Assembly (NCBI GenBank): GCA_963753285.1
Contig: CAVWBT010000008.1
Span: 112,045-176,044, forward strand
DNA length: 64,000 nt
DNA from: an uncultured bacterium
Lineage (GTDB): Bacteria > Actinomycetota > Acidimicrobiia > Spongiisociales > ZC4RG35
Reading direction: 5' to 3'
Made by a program: the position numbers and the translations under genes. The notes below the pieces were generated by a model. The model was not told the DNA's origin, searched no databases, and saw nothing but the letters and a program-made list of their open reading frames with translations. Positions 38,888 to 49,786 of the stretch are shown piece after piece (the first letter of the stretch is position 1; each line of letters begins with the position of its first letter).

Positions 38888-40330
38888 ATGAGGGACACGA
38901 ACATCCACGAGCATCAGATCGCTGTCGTCGGTGGTGGATCAGCCGGGCTGGTGGTTGCGTACGGGGCGGCATCGGCCGGAATCGATGTCGCATTGGTCGA
39001 AGCCGACCGGCTCGGCGGCGAGTGCACCTGGACCGGATGCGTGCCGTCCAAGACGCTCATCGACGCCGCCCGACGCGCTCACGAGGCAGGCAATTCCGGA
39101 CACATCGGCGTCACCTCCTCCGACGTATCAGTCGACTTCGGTGCACTGATGCGTCACATCCACGACACCTCGGCGCACATCGCTGCAGAAGAGGGACTGG
39201 AACGGGCCCTGCAGGCGAAGATCACCGTCTACCAGTCGTTCGCCAGGTTCGAGGATCGCCGGACGCTCGCCCTCGACAGCGGAGAGCGGATCCGCGCCAA
39301 ACGGATCGTGCTCGCAACCGGGAGCAGGCCGAACACACCTCCGCCCCTTCGCGGCATCCGCCACCTGACCAACGAGACGATCTGGGGCCTCACCGAACTC
39401 CCCGAACACCTCGCCGTCGTCGGAGGGGGCACAATCGGAACGGAGCTGGCCCAGGCGTTCCGCAGACTCGGGAGCCACGTCACGATCATCACCGACGTCC
39501 ACGGACTCCTGCCTGACGCACATCCCGACGCCTCGAAGCTGATCGCCGAACGACTGACGGTCGAGGGCGTCTCGATCCACACAAACACGATGGTCGTCTC
39601 CGCAGTCGAGGGCACTGACGAGATCAGGCTTGCGATCGAAGACGGCACCGTCATCACCGCGTCACATGTCCTGGTCAGCGTCGGCCGGGATGCGTCGTTG
39701 CATTCGATGAATCCTCAGGCTGCGGGGGTCGATCTCGACGAGTCGGGCGTTCCGATCCTCGATGACCGTCTCAGGACGAGCGAGAAGCACATCTACGTCT
39801 GTGGCGACGCGGCGGGGGCCGGTCTCACCCATGTCGCTTCGGCACAGGGGTCCGCGGTGCTACAGAACATCGTCGGCCTGAGAACGAAACCGGTCGACAC
39901 CGGCGTGCCCCGCTGGGCGGTCTTCACCGACCCCGAGATCGCCCAGGTGGGGTTGACCAAGGACGAGGCGCTGGGGCGAGGTCTCGACATTCGCATCACC
40001 CGCGTGCCGATCGCGCGGGTCGACCGTGCGAGCATCACCGGCGCCTCGAACGGTTTTGTCGAGGCCGTCCACAGCAGAACGGGAAAGCTGCACGGAGTCA
40101 CGATCGTCGGTCCTCAGGCGGCCGAGTGGGCGAATCAGTGGGTCGAACCGATCTCGAAGAACCGACGGCTCGCCGAACTCGTATTCATCCCGACCATTTA
40201 TCCAACGATGGGATCGTCGAGTGCCGTCGTCGCCTACGAATGGGGAGAATCGATCCTGCGGCGGGGCCTGCTCGGTCGCGTCGTCCGTCTCGCCGGCAGA
40301 GCGCGCATGTGGCTCGCCCGGAATCCGTGA
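38888..40330 (+). CDS. Class I pyridine nucleotide-disulfide oxidoreductase
   Basis: GGGSAG, GGECTWTGCVPSK, GGGTIGTE, FTDPEIA, YPT. Confidence 0.88.
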   Translation: MRDTNIHEHQIAVVGGGSAGLVVAYGAASAGIDVALVEADRLGGECTWTGCVPSKTLIDAARRAHEAGNSGHIGVTSSDVSVDFGALMRHIHDTSAHIAAEEGLERALQAKITVYQSFARFEDRRTLALDSGERIRAKRIVLATGSRPNTPPPLRGIRHLTNETIWGLTELPEHLAVVGGGTIGTELAQAFRRLGSHVTIITDVHGLLPDAHPDASKLIAERLTVEGVSIHTNTMVVSAVEGTDEIRLAIEDGTVITASHVLVSVGRDASLHSMNPQAAGVDLDESGVPILDDRLRTSEKHIYVCGDAAGAGLTHVASAQGSAVLQNIVGLRTKPVDTGVPRWAVFTDPEIAQVGLTKDEALGRGLDIRITRVPIARVDRASITGASNGFVEAVHSRTGKLHGVTIVGPQAAEWANQWVEPISKNRRLAELVFIPTIYPTMGSSSAVVAYEWGESILRRGLLGRVVRLAGRARMWLARNP

Positions 40331-40361
40331 AGCACCGGTCGCCGGGTAGCGTGACGGCCTC

Positions 40362-42128
40362 ATGAACCAACGCCCTCCCATCCGGCGTCTGCTTGCCTAT
40401 GCGCGGCCGCATCGACGCGATCTTCGGATGGCGACCACGTGGTCGGTCCTCAACAAGATCATGGACATCGCTCCGGAGATCCTCATCGGAGGAGCGGTCG
40501 ACGTCGTCGTGAGAGGCGAGCGATCCTGGCTGGCGGCGCTCGGCGTCACTGCCGTCAGGGATCAGTTGATCGTGCTCGGCATCCTCACCTTCATCGTGTG
40601 GGCATTGGAGTCCGCCTTCGAATACGCGCTCAAGATCCGCTGGCGCAACCTGGCCCAGACGATCCAGCATGATCTCCGCGTCGAGACCTACGACCACACC
40701 CAGGGCCTCGAACTCGGCTACTTCGAGAACCGATCGACGGGCGCCCTGATGGCGGTGCTGAACGACGACGTCAACCAACTCGAGCGATTCCTCGACGTCG
40801 GCGCCAATCAGATCATCCAGACCCTGACCAGCGTCGTCGGTGTGGGAGCCGTCTTCTTCTTCCTGTCCCCATCGATCGCTGCGCTGTCGCTGATCCCCAT
40901 CCCGATCATCGTCTGGGGATCCCTCCGATTCACCAGGGCGCTGGCACCCCGCTATATGGGGGTCAGGAACCAGGCCGGCGTGCTCAACTCGGTCTTGTCG
41001 AACAATCTCGGCGGAATCGCCACCATCAAGTCGTTCACGGCCGAGGCACGTGAGACCGCCCGGATCGAACAGGAGTCGGGCCGGTACCGGACGGTGAACG
41101 AGGGAGCGATCAAGCTCTCGTCGGCGTTCGTCCCGGCGATCCGCATCGCCATCCTCGCCGGATTCCTCGTGACCCTTCTGTACGGCGGGTTCCAGGTGCT
41201 CGAAGGCGGTCTCGAAGTCGGCGCGTACTCGGTGCTCATCTTCCTCACGCAGCGACTCCTGTGGCCGCTCACCATGCTCGGCGAGACGCTCGACCTGTAT
41301 CAGCGTTCGATGGCGTCCGCGAGTCGCATTCTCGATCTCCTCGACACGGAGCCAGGAATGTCGGATGGAACCGTTCCACTCGGCGAGCCCATCGGGCGTG
41401 TCACGTTCGATGGGGTTGCCTTCTCATACGATGCGGGATTCCCGGTGCTCCACGGGATCGACATCGACATTCCCGCCGGTCAGACGGCTGCGATCGTGGG
41501 CGCGACCGGTTCGGGGAAGACCACCATGTTGAAGCTGCTCCTGCGGTTCGCCGACGTCGACACCGGGGCCGTGAAACTGGACGGACACGACGTCAGGGAC
41601 CTGAGATCGGCGGACCTCCGGAGGGCGATCGGACTCGTCAGCCAAGACGTGTTCCTGTTCCACGGGACCGTGAGAGAGAACATCGCGTACGGCGCGCCTG
41701 ACGCCGATCTCGACGCCGTCATGAGAGCGGCCGAGCTCGCAGAAGCCGACGGGTTCATCCGGGCGCTTCCGGAAGGCTACGACACGGTGGTCGGCGAACG
41801 CGGTCAGAAACTCTCGGGTGGACAGCGACAGCGCATCTCGATCGCCAGAGCGATCCTCACCGACCCGGCCGTTCTCGTGCTCGACGAGGCGACCTCCGCA
41901 GTCGACAACGAGACGGAGGCGGCGATCCAGCGTTCCCTCGAGAAGGTGGCGGTGGACCGCACCACGATCGTGGTCGCGCACCGACTCTCGACGATTCGAC
42001 ATGCCGACTGCATCTATGTGCTCGAACGGGGAAAGCTGGTCGAGTCCGGCACCCACGAGGAACTCGTGTCACACGAGGGCCAGTACCACTCGTTGTGGAG
42101 GGTTCAGACGGGCGAGCGAGTCCCCTGA
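40362..42128 (+). CDS. ABC exporter, fused permease/ATPase
   Basis: TM domain, [26 protein letters not shown]. Confidence 0.95.
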   Translation: MNQRPPIRRLLAYARPHRRDLRMATTWSVLNKIMDIAPEILIGGAVDVVVRGERSWLAALGVTAVRDQLIVLGILTFIVWALESAFEYALKIRWRNLAQTIQHDLRVETYDHTQGLELGYFENRSTGALMAVLNDDVNQLERFLDVGANQIIQTLTSVVGVGAVFFFLSPSIAALSLIPIPIIVWGSLRFTRALAPRYMGVRNQAGVLNSVLSNNLGGIATIKSFTAEARETARIEQESGRYRTVNEGAIKLSSAFVPAIRIAILAGFLVTLLYGGFQVLEGGLEVGAYSVLIFLTQRLLWPLTMLGETLDLYQRSMASASRILDLLDTEPGMSDGTVPLGEPIGRVTFDGVAFSYDAGFPVLHGIDIDIPAGQTAAIVGATGSGKTTMLKLLLRFADVDTGAVKLDGHDVRDLRSADLRRAIGLVSQDVFLFHGTVRENIAYGAPDADLDAVMRAAELAEADGFIRALPEGYDTVVGERGQKLSGGQRQRISIARAILTDPAVLVLDEATSAVDNETEAAIQRSLEKVAVDRTTIVVAHRLSTIRHADCIYVLERGKLVESGTHEELVSHEGQYHSLWRVQTGERVP

Positions 42129-42130
42129 CC

Positions 42131-42290
42131 TCAACGCGGCCGAACACCCTCGGCTGACTTCCGGACGGTCTCGGCAATCCGCTTCCGCCGAGTGTCGAGC
42201 CGCTTCGCTCGCATGATCCTCTCGAGCGTTCGAGCTCGTCGTCGAACGTGGGAATCCGTCGAATCGTTCGTTCGCACGGAGTTCCAACGA
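42131..42290 (-). pseudogene. YdeI/OmpD-associated protein, C-terminal fragment
   Basis: FDGFPRS / IMRAKRLDTRRKRIAETV in two frames. Confidence 0.55.
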
Positions 42291-42518
42291 ATCGTTTCGG
42301 GACAGCTCCGAAGCGCCGATTGACCCGCGGCCGGGTGGTCCGTCGCAGGGCCGTATGCGTTCTGGGCCGTCTGGAAGGCGCCGTGCTCAGTGCGGGTCGG
42401 GTTCGGGTTCACAGCGAGGTGCGGCCCTCGGTACTGCCCGAAGGACCTAAAGCACTGTGGCGGCCTGAGGCTTGGTGACAGACTGGAAGTGCTCGTCGCG
42501 GAACGGAAGGTGAGTGCC

Positions 42519-43070
42519 GTGAGGACGTCGGCAAACCGGATACAGGGCGTGACGATGGCCGTCTTGGCGGTCTTGGCGGTGGGCCTGATTGCCGTCAGCG
42601 CATGTGGCGATGATGACGATGCTGCGTCTCCCGACACCGGCACCATCAAGATCGTCGTTGAGGGTTGGGAGGACGTCGAGGGATACCGGCTTCTGGCTGG
42701 CGTCGATCCCGCTGGCGGTGGCGCGTTCTGGACGATCGTCGATAGCGACCCATGGTCGGGCGAGGACGTTGTGCACCCTCCATATTGGGGCGAGGGGGAA
42801 TACGTCGGGGGCAGCGACGATGGTTGGGGTGCCGGCGACTACATGTGGGATCAAACCCAACGGCTCGAACCAGGCTCATACAGCGTTCAGTTCTGGGCGC
42901 ACCCTGGTGAACTGGCTCCGTTTGGGAGCCATATCCCCGCTGATCCGATCGAGCGGAGTTGCTCGGTAGACGTTGACGTATCCGCCGGGGAAACCACCAC
43001 CGTCGTGATCTCAGACATCCCACCCGGCGGCGGGGACATCTGCCCAGACGCAAGTTGGTCCAGCGACTGA
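42519..43070 (+). CDS. Hypothetical lipoprotein
   Basis: GGAAGG RBS, lipobox VSAC, acidic and Trp-rich domain; visibly less GC-biased. Confidence 0.65.
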   Translation: MRTSANRIQGVTMAVLAVLAVGLIAVSACGDDDDAASPDTGTIKIVVEGWEDVEGYRLLAGVDPAGGGAFWTIVDSDPWSGEDVVHPPYWGEGEYVGGSDDGWGAGDYMWDQTQRLEPGSYSVQFWAHPGELAPFGSHIPADPIERSCSVDVDVSAGETTTVVISDIPPGGGDICPDASWSSD

Positions 43071-43079
43071 GAACGAAGG

Positions 43080-43424
43080 CACTGAGCCGCTGATATTGCT
43101 GCAACCGGCCTGCCTGACCGCCCCCGACCGCCGGCTTCTGGACGCGCCGTCGGCCGTTCGCGAGCGTCCGAAGAGCGATCCCTTCCTGAGACGATGGGCC
43201 GCCGACGGGGCGTGTCAGTTGGGCGTCGAGCCTGGTCGAACTGATCGGACCATCCGAGACCGAGCAGCTCCTGCACGACCTCCTCCCAGGGCACATACAG
43301 CTCCGGTCTCACAGACTTCTTGTAGGTGACCAACCAGACACTCGAGGACTGTTGATGTCTGGCCTCGAGCCAGGATCTGAGCTTCGCACGGGAGGTCACT
43401 TCGATCCGCTCGAAGCTCTGTCAC
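43080..43424 (-). pseudogene. YdeI/OmpD-associated protein, N-terminal fragment
   Basis: EVTSRAKLRSWL...VWLVTYKK...YVPWEEVVQELLGLGW, then degraded sequence ending AAISAA. Confidence 0.65.
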
Positions 43425-44014
43425 GCCCGCGCCCATCTCGTCCAGGCGTACGGCCAGCGACGTCCGGCAACTCGACTGTGACCTCCCTCTTCCACCAGGG
43501 CAAACCGGTCACCCAGAGCGACGGCGAGATCCTCCGTGGCGAATCCCCACGGAGGGCCGCCCTCCGATGCCGGTCTTCCGAACGGGAACACGATCGATAT
43601 GAGTGCTCCAGAACGCCCGAGCACGCGGTCCGCCATCGCACCGAACCTGGGTCGATCCGGGGGATCGATGGCGCAGAAGAACGTGTGGTCGAAGACCAGG
43701 TCGAACGGCTCGTCGGCCTCGATCTCGAGAGAGTCTGCGATGAGCACCGAGGCGTGCTCGGCGTCGAGACGGCGAAGCAGCGCCGCCTCGACGGCGGGGG
43801 CGACGTCGACGGCCGTCACACGCCATCCGGCTTGCGCCAGGGCTGCCGCATCATGACCGGTCCCGGCTCCCGGCACCAGCACCCTCCCCACCGCTCGGGT
43901 GCCGAGCGCCGGGTCGAGGGCCAGCCGGGTCTCCAGTTCTGGATGAGCCCGGCCGAGGTCCCATGGGATCGATCCGATCTCGTATCTGGCGTTCCAAGCG
44001 TCAGCGTCCGGCAC
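43421..44014 (-). CDS. Thiopurine S-methyltransferase-like SAM methyltransferase
   Basis: W..RY....PWD, VLVPGAGTGHD, DHTFFCAI, GGPPW. Confidence 0.88.
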   Translation of the reverse strand: MPDADAWNARYEIGSIPWDLGRAHPELETRLALDPALGTRAVGRVLVPGAGTGHDAAALAQAGWRVTAVDVAPAVEAALLRRLDAEHASVLIADSLEIEADEPFDLVFDHTFFCAIDPPDRPRFGAMADRVLGRSGALISIVFPFGRPASEGGPPWGFATEDLAVALGDRFALVEEGGHSRVAGRRWPYAWTRWARA

Positions 44015-44105
44015 AAAACCTCCGTGTTGTGATCACGATGGTACGTCCCGGTGTCTGCCACGGTCGGCCCTGTCAGAATGAGGCTCGAACGAGATGGAAG
44101 GAACC

Positions 44106-44963
44106 ATGAGCGGGATATCGAAACTCGGCGTCGTCGGCGGCGGCCAGATGGGAGCAGGGATCGCCGAGGTGGCAGCGAAGGCCGGCACGGACGTGATGAT
44201 CATGGAGGTGAAGCCCGAGTTCGCGGAGAAGAGCCGCGAACGCCTCGTCCGATCGCTCGATCGTGCGGTGGAGCGCGGCAAGCTGGAAGCCGGCGACAGA
44301 GACGCTGCGCTGTCCCGGGTGGGATACACCACCGATCTCGCCGAGTTCGCCGACCGCGATCTCGTCATCGAGGCCGTCACCGAGGACGAGGAACTCAAGA
44401 TCGGGATCTTCCGGACGTTGGACGCCGCCGTGGAGTCTGACGACGCGATCCTCGCGTCGAACACCTCGTCGATCCCCATCACGCGGCTGGCTGCGGTGAC
44501 CAAGCGCCCATCCCACGTCGTGGGGATGCACTTCTTCAACCCGGTGCCGGTGATGGCACTCATGGAGTTGGTCACGACCGTGCGTTCCGACGAATCGGTC
44601 GAGGAGCGGGCGCAGGCCTATGCCACCGAAACCCTGGGCAAGACCGTCATCCGGGCGAAGGATCGTGGCGGCTTCGTGGTCAACATGCTGCTGGTGCCCT
44701 ACCTCCTCGGCGGGATCCGCATGTACGAGGCCGGGATCGCCACCGCCGATGACATCGACACCGGGATGCGCCTCGGGGCCAACCACCCGATGGGCCCGCT
44801 CGAACTGAGCGACTTCATCGGGCTCGACACGATGAAACTGGTCGCCGACGTCCTTTTCGACGAGTACAAGGAGCCGTTGTACGCCTCACCACCGCTCCTC
44901 ACCCGGATGGTCGAGGCCGGCCTGCTGGGTCGCAAGACGGGACAGGGGTTCTACACCTACTGA
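44106..44963 (+). CDS. 3-hydroxybutyryl/3-hydroxyacyl-CoA dehydrogenase
   Basis: GGGQMGAGIA, ASNTSS, GMHFFNP, HPMGP, GRKTGQGFY. Confidence 0.93.
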   Translation: MSGISKLGVVGGGQMGAGIAEVAAKAGTDVMIMEVKPEFAEKSRERLVRSLDRAVERGKLEAGDRDAALSRVGYTTDLAEFADRDLVIEAVTEDEELKIGIFRTLDAAVESDDAILASNTSSIPITRLAAVTKRPSHVVGMHFFNPVPVMALMELVTTVRSDESVEERAQAYATETLGKTVIRAKDRGGFVVNMLLVPYLLGGIRMYEAGIATADDIDTGMRLGANHPMGPLELSDFIGLDTMKLVADVLFDEYKEPLYASPPLLTRMVEAGLLGRKTGQGFYTY

Positions 44964-45019
44964 GTGTTTCACGTTCTACGTCGGACGTGAAACGTGGAAC
45001 GCCGAACGTGGAACGTTCA
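44964..45019. repeat. Period-7 ACG-core repeats with an internal palindrome
   Basis: acgttct acgtcgg acgtgaa acgtgga acgccga acgtgga acgttca; GTTTCACGT/ACGTGAAAC. Confidence 0.7.
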
Positions 45020-45244
45020 GGAAACCGGCACCGGGAAACGGCGGAGACGGTTCCTCGGCGAGCGAAGGAGAACGGGGTACCAGGAGTGATCACCGGCCTC
45101 GGCCGCCTCGTAGAAGGCCTCCAGGGCGCAATCGAGACATGCGAACCCCGATGGAATGAGGGCAGCGGCTCTGGCGCCGCACAACCCACATTCCATCGTG
45201 ATTCGCTTCGGATTCGCTCCCAGCGTCGCTCCGGCATATGTCAT
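45017..45244 (-). CDS. Small putative zinc-binding protein (CxxC...CxxC)
   Basis: CGLC...CLDC; start uncertain. Confidence 0.4.
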   Translation of the reverse strand: MTYAGATLGANPKRITMECGLCGARAAALIPSGFACLDCALEAFYEAAEAGDHSWYPVLLRSPRNRLRRFPVPVS

Positions 45245-45365
45245 GTACCCATTGTCGACCACGACGTAGCACAATCTGGAGTAGGGTTCCTGCTACGCAC
45301 ACAGTGACTAGTCATCCGGCCGACCTCCTGGTTCACTTGCCCGCATATCGGCCGATAGAGAGAGC

Positions 45366-46670
45366 ATGAACTCACCGAGAGCCGCGGCGTTCTCTCCTTC
45401 CACAGGCGTGGATGCGATCGATCGCGCCCTCACGATGCTCGGGCTCTCGATCGGTCGGGCCCCAACCCGCGACCAGTGGGGTGAGTTCCTCAGCCTCATC
45501 GCATACGAGTACCACCACTCGGACACGGCGCGATTCGAGACGCTCTTCGCCGCCTCACCCATTCCCACGCTCGAACAGGACTACTCCGAGGTCGTCGCTC
45601 GATTCTCGGCCCTGCGTGCAGCCGGCGTCAGCGACATCAGAGCGCACATCGACGAGAATGACACACTCCTTCGGGAGTTGGTCGGCAGCATCCGCAATGT
45701 GGCCGTCAACCCTGCTGCGATCGCGATCATCGGCTTGACGGAGGAACACGTCGAGGGCTACATCGACCCGGTGATCGTCAACGACGAGTCGGTTGGAAGT
45801 TGGATCGACCAACTCGAGACCGTCTGGCACGGGCGGACTTCCAGCGAATTCGAGTACACCGGTAGAACGCTGCATGGGGCGCCCTTCGATGCCAGACGGA
45901 CGATGGCGGTGCCGGTCGGGCCGCTCGGCCCCGACTACCGCCGGGTGGTCGTGACCATCGAGGACGCCACTCGAGAACGGAACGAACAGCGTCGACTCGC
46001 GCACCTCGTCGAGGAGAAGAACGAGTTCCTGGCCGCAGTCAGCCACGAGATCCGCACACCGCTCACCGGTGTGCTCGGTTTCACCGAGATCCTCATGGAC
46101 AACGGCAGAGACATGAGTGTCTCGGAACGGTCCGAGATCCTGGCTTCGATCGCACGCCAGGCCCAGGACGTCTCCGACATCGTCGAAGATCTCCTCACCT
46201 CCACGCGCTCGGAATCGGGTGACCTCGCCGTGACCCGAGAGCCGGTCGATCTCGCGGCAGAAGTCGCCACCGTTCTCCACAACGGCGGCTCACACACCCA
46301 GGGCGTCGAGATCGGCATCGACGCAACATCCACGGTCACGACCGGGGATCCGGGTCGTGTCCGTCAGATCATCCGAAATCTCCTGACCAACGCCGAGCGA
46401 TACGGTGGACCTGACGTTCGGATCGACGTGCGTGAGCTTCCCGACGCCATCGTCGTGTCCGTCTCCGACGACGGCTGCGGGGTAGCGCCCGACCGTATCG
46501 CGACGCTGTTCTCGTCGGCTCGATCGATGTCCGCCGCGACCGTGTCGGGCTCCGCCGGCCTCGGCCTGTCGATCTGTCAGAAGCTGGCAGAGCTCATGGG
46601 CGGCTCGCTCGGCTACGAGCGTCGCGATGAGCGAACCTACTTCACCTTGGCGCTGCCGAAAGGCGACTGA
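45366..46670 (+). CDS. Orphan cytoplasmic histidine kinase with PAS-like region
   Basis: SHEIRTPL, NLLTNA, DDGCG, GLGL; no TM segments. Confidence 0.88.
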   Translation: MNSPRAAAFSPSTGVDAIDRALTMLGLSIGRAPTRDQWGEFLSLIAYEYHHSDTARFETLFAASPIPTLEQDYSEVVARFSALRAAGVSDIRAHIDENDTLLRELVGSIRNVAVNPAAIAIIGLTEEHVEGYIDPVIVNDESVGSWIDQLETVWHGRTSSEFEYTGRTLHGAPFDARRTMAVPVGPLGPDYRRVVVTIEDATRERNEQRRLAHLVEEKNEFLAAVSHEIRTPLTGVLGFTEILMDNGRDMSVSERSEILASIARQAQDVSDIVEDLLTSTRSESGDLAVTREPVDLAAEVATVLHNGGSHTQGVEIGIDATSTVTTGDPGRVRQIIRNLLTNAERYGGPDVRIDVRELPDAIVVSVSDDGCGVAPDRIATLFSSARSMSAATVSGSAGLGLSICQKLAELMGGSLGYERRDERTYFTLALPKGD

Positions 46671-48020
46671 TCAACCGGCGGCGAGGATCGCCAAACCGAC
46701 ACCGGTCAACACCACCATGAGCGCCAGCATGGCGTACTGCGTCCGCACCGCAACGGCGTCGTCGAAGTCGTAGAGCGCTCGATCGTGCGCCAAGATGACG
46801 GCGGCGACATGGCCGGCGACGATCACACCCAACTGGACGTACCACACCCCGGTCGGAGAGATCAGCGTGAAATCGATCGGACGGTCGACGGTGCCGAACA
46901 GATCCAGCCCGGTCCCGAAGGGGTCGGACATCGAACTGATGATCCGTTGCCCCTCGAAGAGGACGAGGGTGAAGTAGTGGGCGACTGCATAGGCGAGGGC
47001 GATCGGCACGAGTGTGTGCGCGAACCGGTCGGCGACGCGTTGGGTGGTCCACCCGTCACCGGCGATCCGGGCGGCTGCCAGACAGGCCCCCGCATAAGCC
47101 ATGCCGATGACCCCTACGGTCACGACCAGCAGGACCGTGCCACCTGAGAGCGACGTGGCGAACGAACCGAACAGATCTCGGAACCACGGGGTCTCGGAGA
47201 TCCCGTCGTAGGTCACCGTCCCCACCATCACGACGAGGAAGAGCGAGATCCCGGGTACCTCGTCGAGCGTCGCCAGACCACGCAACCAGCCTCTCCACGC
47301 CGGCCGACCATCCGGAGTCCGAGTGAACGGTGCGATCCGAGAGAACAAGCGGTTGTAGACGGCGAACCCGTCGACCGACTTCAGTGTGGTGGCAGAACCG
47401 AGGCGTTCGATCGAAACGAGCATCGCCACGAGATAGACGAGCGCCATGATCGCCACGGTGCGTGGAGCGGCCGGCTCGGGGTACACGGTCTCGACCCATA
47501 CGAAGGCGAGGAGCACACCCGCAGCCGGGTAGAGCCCGTTGGTGACGACGAATTCGGGCCGTTCCTCTCCTCCGATCCTCAACCACCGTGCGAGGGTCGG
47601 GAACGGATTGAGAAACCGATAGAGATCACCGAGTAACGCCGACATGAACGGCACCAAGAGCCAGAAGCCCACCCACAGCAGCACCGGCGCCGGGTTCCGA
47701 CTCGCGTTGTTCACACCGAACACTCCGGTTGCGATCATGAAGACGAGCACCACCACGCCGACGATCCGCAACCCGGCCAACAGGCCACCGAACCCCGGAA
47801 TGCTGAGTGGCCGCGGTGTCACTTCCTCTTGCCAGCGGTGCCCCGGCCAGAGCACGACGAGCGCAGCGAACGAGAGAATGAGTACGACGGCAGCGCCCGC
47901 AAGAAACATCCCGAGAGGGATCGGCAGGTCCGCCCGGCCGCCCAGTCCGTGCGCCGAGGCGGGCAGCGCTGCGATCATCAGCGCTGCCGTCAGCATCAGC
48001 ACGATCGGGGTTCGCCTCAA
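46671..48020 (-). CDS. Polytopic membrane protein with conserved His residues
   Basis: AHGLGGRADLP, about 10 TM segments, VPIALAYAVAHYF, GHVAAVILAHD. Confidence 0.8.
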   Translation of the reverse strand: MRRTPIVLMLTAALMIAALPASAHGLGGRADLPIPLGMFLAGAAVVLILSFAALVVLWPGHRWQEEVTPRPLSIPGFGGLLAGLRIVGVVVLVFMIATGVFGVNNASRNPAPVLLWVGFWLLVPFMSALLGDLYRFLNPFPTLARWLRIGGEERPEFVVTNGLYPAAGVLLAFVWVETVYPEPAAPRTVAIMALVYLVAMLVSIERLGSATTLKSVDGFAVYNRLFSRIAPFTRTPDGRPAWRGWLRGLATLDEVPGISLFLVVMVGTVTYDGISETPWFRDLFGSFATSLSGGTVLLVVTVGVIGMAYAGACLAAARIAGDGWTTQRVADRFAHTLVPIALAYAVAHYFTLVLFEGQRIISSMSDPFGTGLDLFGTVDRPIDFTLISPTGVWYVQLGVIVAGHVAAVILAHDRALYDFDDAVAVRTQYAMLALMVVLTGVGLAILAAG

Positions 48021-48487
48021 GGAGCGACCTCCAGGTCGGCGAGAAGGACGCCGGCACCCTCGAGTTCGAGTTCGAAGATGCCCGGAATATCGGCGACGAA
48101 CTCGATCACGCCCGTGCTGCCGGGTTCGAGGTCGACGTAGATGTCATACCCGTGGAGATGGCCCTCGTCGGCCACGTCGCTGTCGATCCGGATGACGACG
48201 GGTTCGCCGAGCGGCACCTCGATCCGCCCTCCCCCTTCGACGCTCCCGGACACGTAGCTGATCTCGATCTCGAGGACCTCGGGAGCGACTGCCGTGGTGG
48301 TGGTCGCCGGGGCCTCGGTCGTGGTCGGAGAGACGGTCGTCGACGTCGGCTCAACGGCGGTCGTTGAGGTCTCCTGCTCGACGCCCGTCGTCGACGTCGG
48401 TGCGACGGTCGGCTCCCCAGCATCGGACGAGCACGCAGCGAGGACGAGCGACAGGGCGGCGGCAATGAGTATGGATTTCACGGTCAT
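48017..48487 (-). CDS. Lipoprotein with cupredoxin-like domain
   Basis: Lipobox LAAC, Thr-rich linker, DEGHLHGYD...PGIFELE. Confidence 0.72.
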   Translation of the reverse strand: MTVKSILIAAALSLVLAACSSDAGEPTVAPTSTTGVEQETSTTAVEPTSTTVSPTTTEAPATTTTAVAPEVLEIEISYVSGSVEGGGRIEVPLGEPVVIRIDSDVADEGHLHGYDIYVDLEPGSTGVIEFVADIPGIFELELEGAGVLLADLEVAP

Positions 48488-48559
48488 GGGACACACTCCT
48501 CGTAGCCGGTCAAGGTAGCCCCGCTCGTGAGTTGCCTGGCACTGCGCGGCGTCAGGTTG

Positions 48560-49786
48560 CTACCGCTCGACCCCTGTGGCCAACACCAGGATCGACTCCG
48601 CGGACGTGATCGACGACGCCACCTCTCGGTCGAGCAGCCCGGCCATTCCGGCCGTACCGGTGGCGCTGACATCGAGACCCAGTACCTCGCGCCCGACCCG
48701 ATGGGCCTCGACCACCGCGCGCTCGTCCACGACGACAGGCCAACCCCCCGACCGGATCGTGGGCTCGAGGAGGCCGAGCCAGTCGTAGGTGATGTCGTCG
48801 AGGATCCCGGTCGCCGCCGTCTCGCCCACCGGATCCCATGGATACATGAACCGATCTGACTCGTTGTTGGCGAGACTCGTGACCACGGCGATTGCCCCTG
48901 CGTCCTCTCTCAGGTTGGTCGCCCGCTCCTCATCGCTGGGCGAATCCTCGACGGACGCGGCTCGCAATAGCGAGTCCCATGCGCGGTACAGCGGGGCGCA
49001 CGCCTCGGTCTGGACCGGGTGGTATCTCGGTTCGATCCGCACCCAGTCATGGAACACGCCGGTCTCGATCCCCGAGGCGACGGCCGCCGCCATCGCCCCT
49101 CCCCCAACCTGAAGCATGACACGCATCGGTCCTTCCACTCCGAGATTTCCGAGTTGCTCGGCAGCTTCCCACCCGAGCGTGCGTCCCCCATCGATCGTCG
49201 TCGGGGTGACCGTGCTCTGCACCGAGAACGGCACGGCCCCGCGATTCACCGCCTCCATGAAGCGAAGATACGTGGGGTCACCAGCCTCACCCGGCCTTCG
49301 TTCGCACACCTCGATCCGAGCGTCGAGGCGACCCAGCTCCTCGACCACGGAGCGGTCCGCCCACGTCGGGATGAAGACCCGGAGTGGCCGCTGCTCGGCC
49401 CGAGCGACGACCGCTGCAGCGAGCGCCGCGTTTCCGCACGAGGCAATGGCCAGCTCCGAATCGGCGTCTTCGAGATCAAGTGCCTGATGCAGCATGACAC
49501 CGAACAGGTGCCGTGCCTTGTGCGAACCTCCGACGTTGTGGGTGTCGTCCTTGATCCAGAGTCGATCGGACTTCAACTCGAGCGCCTCGGCGGCTTCGGG
49601 CCGCATCGAGATCGGAGTCATCATGAAGCCCCGGCCGTCGACTCCGCGGACTGCCTCGTCGAGCCGGTCGACCAGCGACACGAAGTCGTCATCCGACCAT
49701 CCGCCCGCCATGGCCCGACGGAAGGAGTCGAGAAACCGCCGGTACCGAATGAACGGGTTGCCGGAGTCCAGGTCGATCGTGCTCAC
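48560..49786 (-). CDS. PLP-dependent fold type II enzyme (lyase-like)
   Basis: WIKDD...GSHKAR (PLP Lys), ASCGNAA, QVGGGA, ATGTAG, ATG. Confidence 0.82.
   Translation of the reverse strand: MSTIDLDSGNPFIRYRRFLDSFRRAMAGGWSDDDFVSLVDRLDEAVRGVDGRGFMMTPISMRPEAAEALELKSDRLWIKDDTHNVGGSHKARHLFGVMLHQALDLEDADSELAIASCGNAALAAAVVARAEQRPLRVFIPTWADRSVVEELGRLDARIEVCERRPGEAGDPTYLRFMEAVNRGAVPFSVQSTVTPTTIDGGRTLGWEAAEQLGNLGVEGPMRVMLQVGGGAMAAAVASGIETGVFHDWVRIEPRYHPVQTEACAPLYRAWDSLLRAASVEDSPSDEERATNLREDAGAIAVVTSLANNESDRFMYPWDPVGETAATGILDDITYDWLGLLEPTIRSGGWPVVVDERAVVEAHRVGREVLGLDVSATGTAGMAGLLDREVASSITSAESILVLATGVER

Noticed and set aside
38888-40330. Mercuric reductase MerA
   Set aside because: No C-terminal CC pair, no N-terminal metal-binding domain and no mer genes nearby
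45278-45320. Guanidine-I (ykkC) riboswitch-like TAGGGTTCC
   Set aside because: The downstream conserved elements are absent and the gene context does not fit
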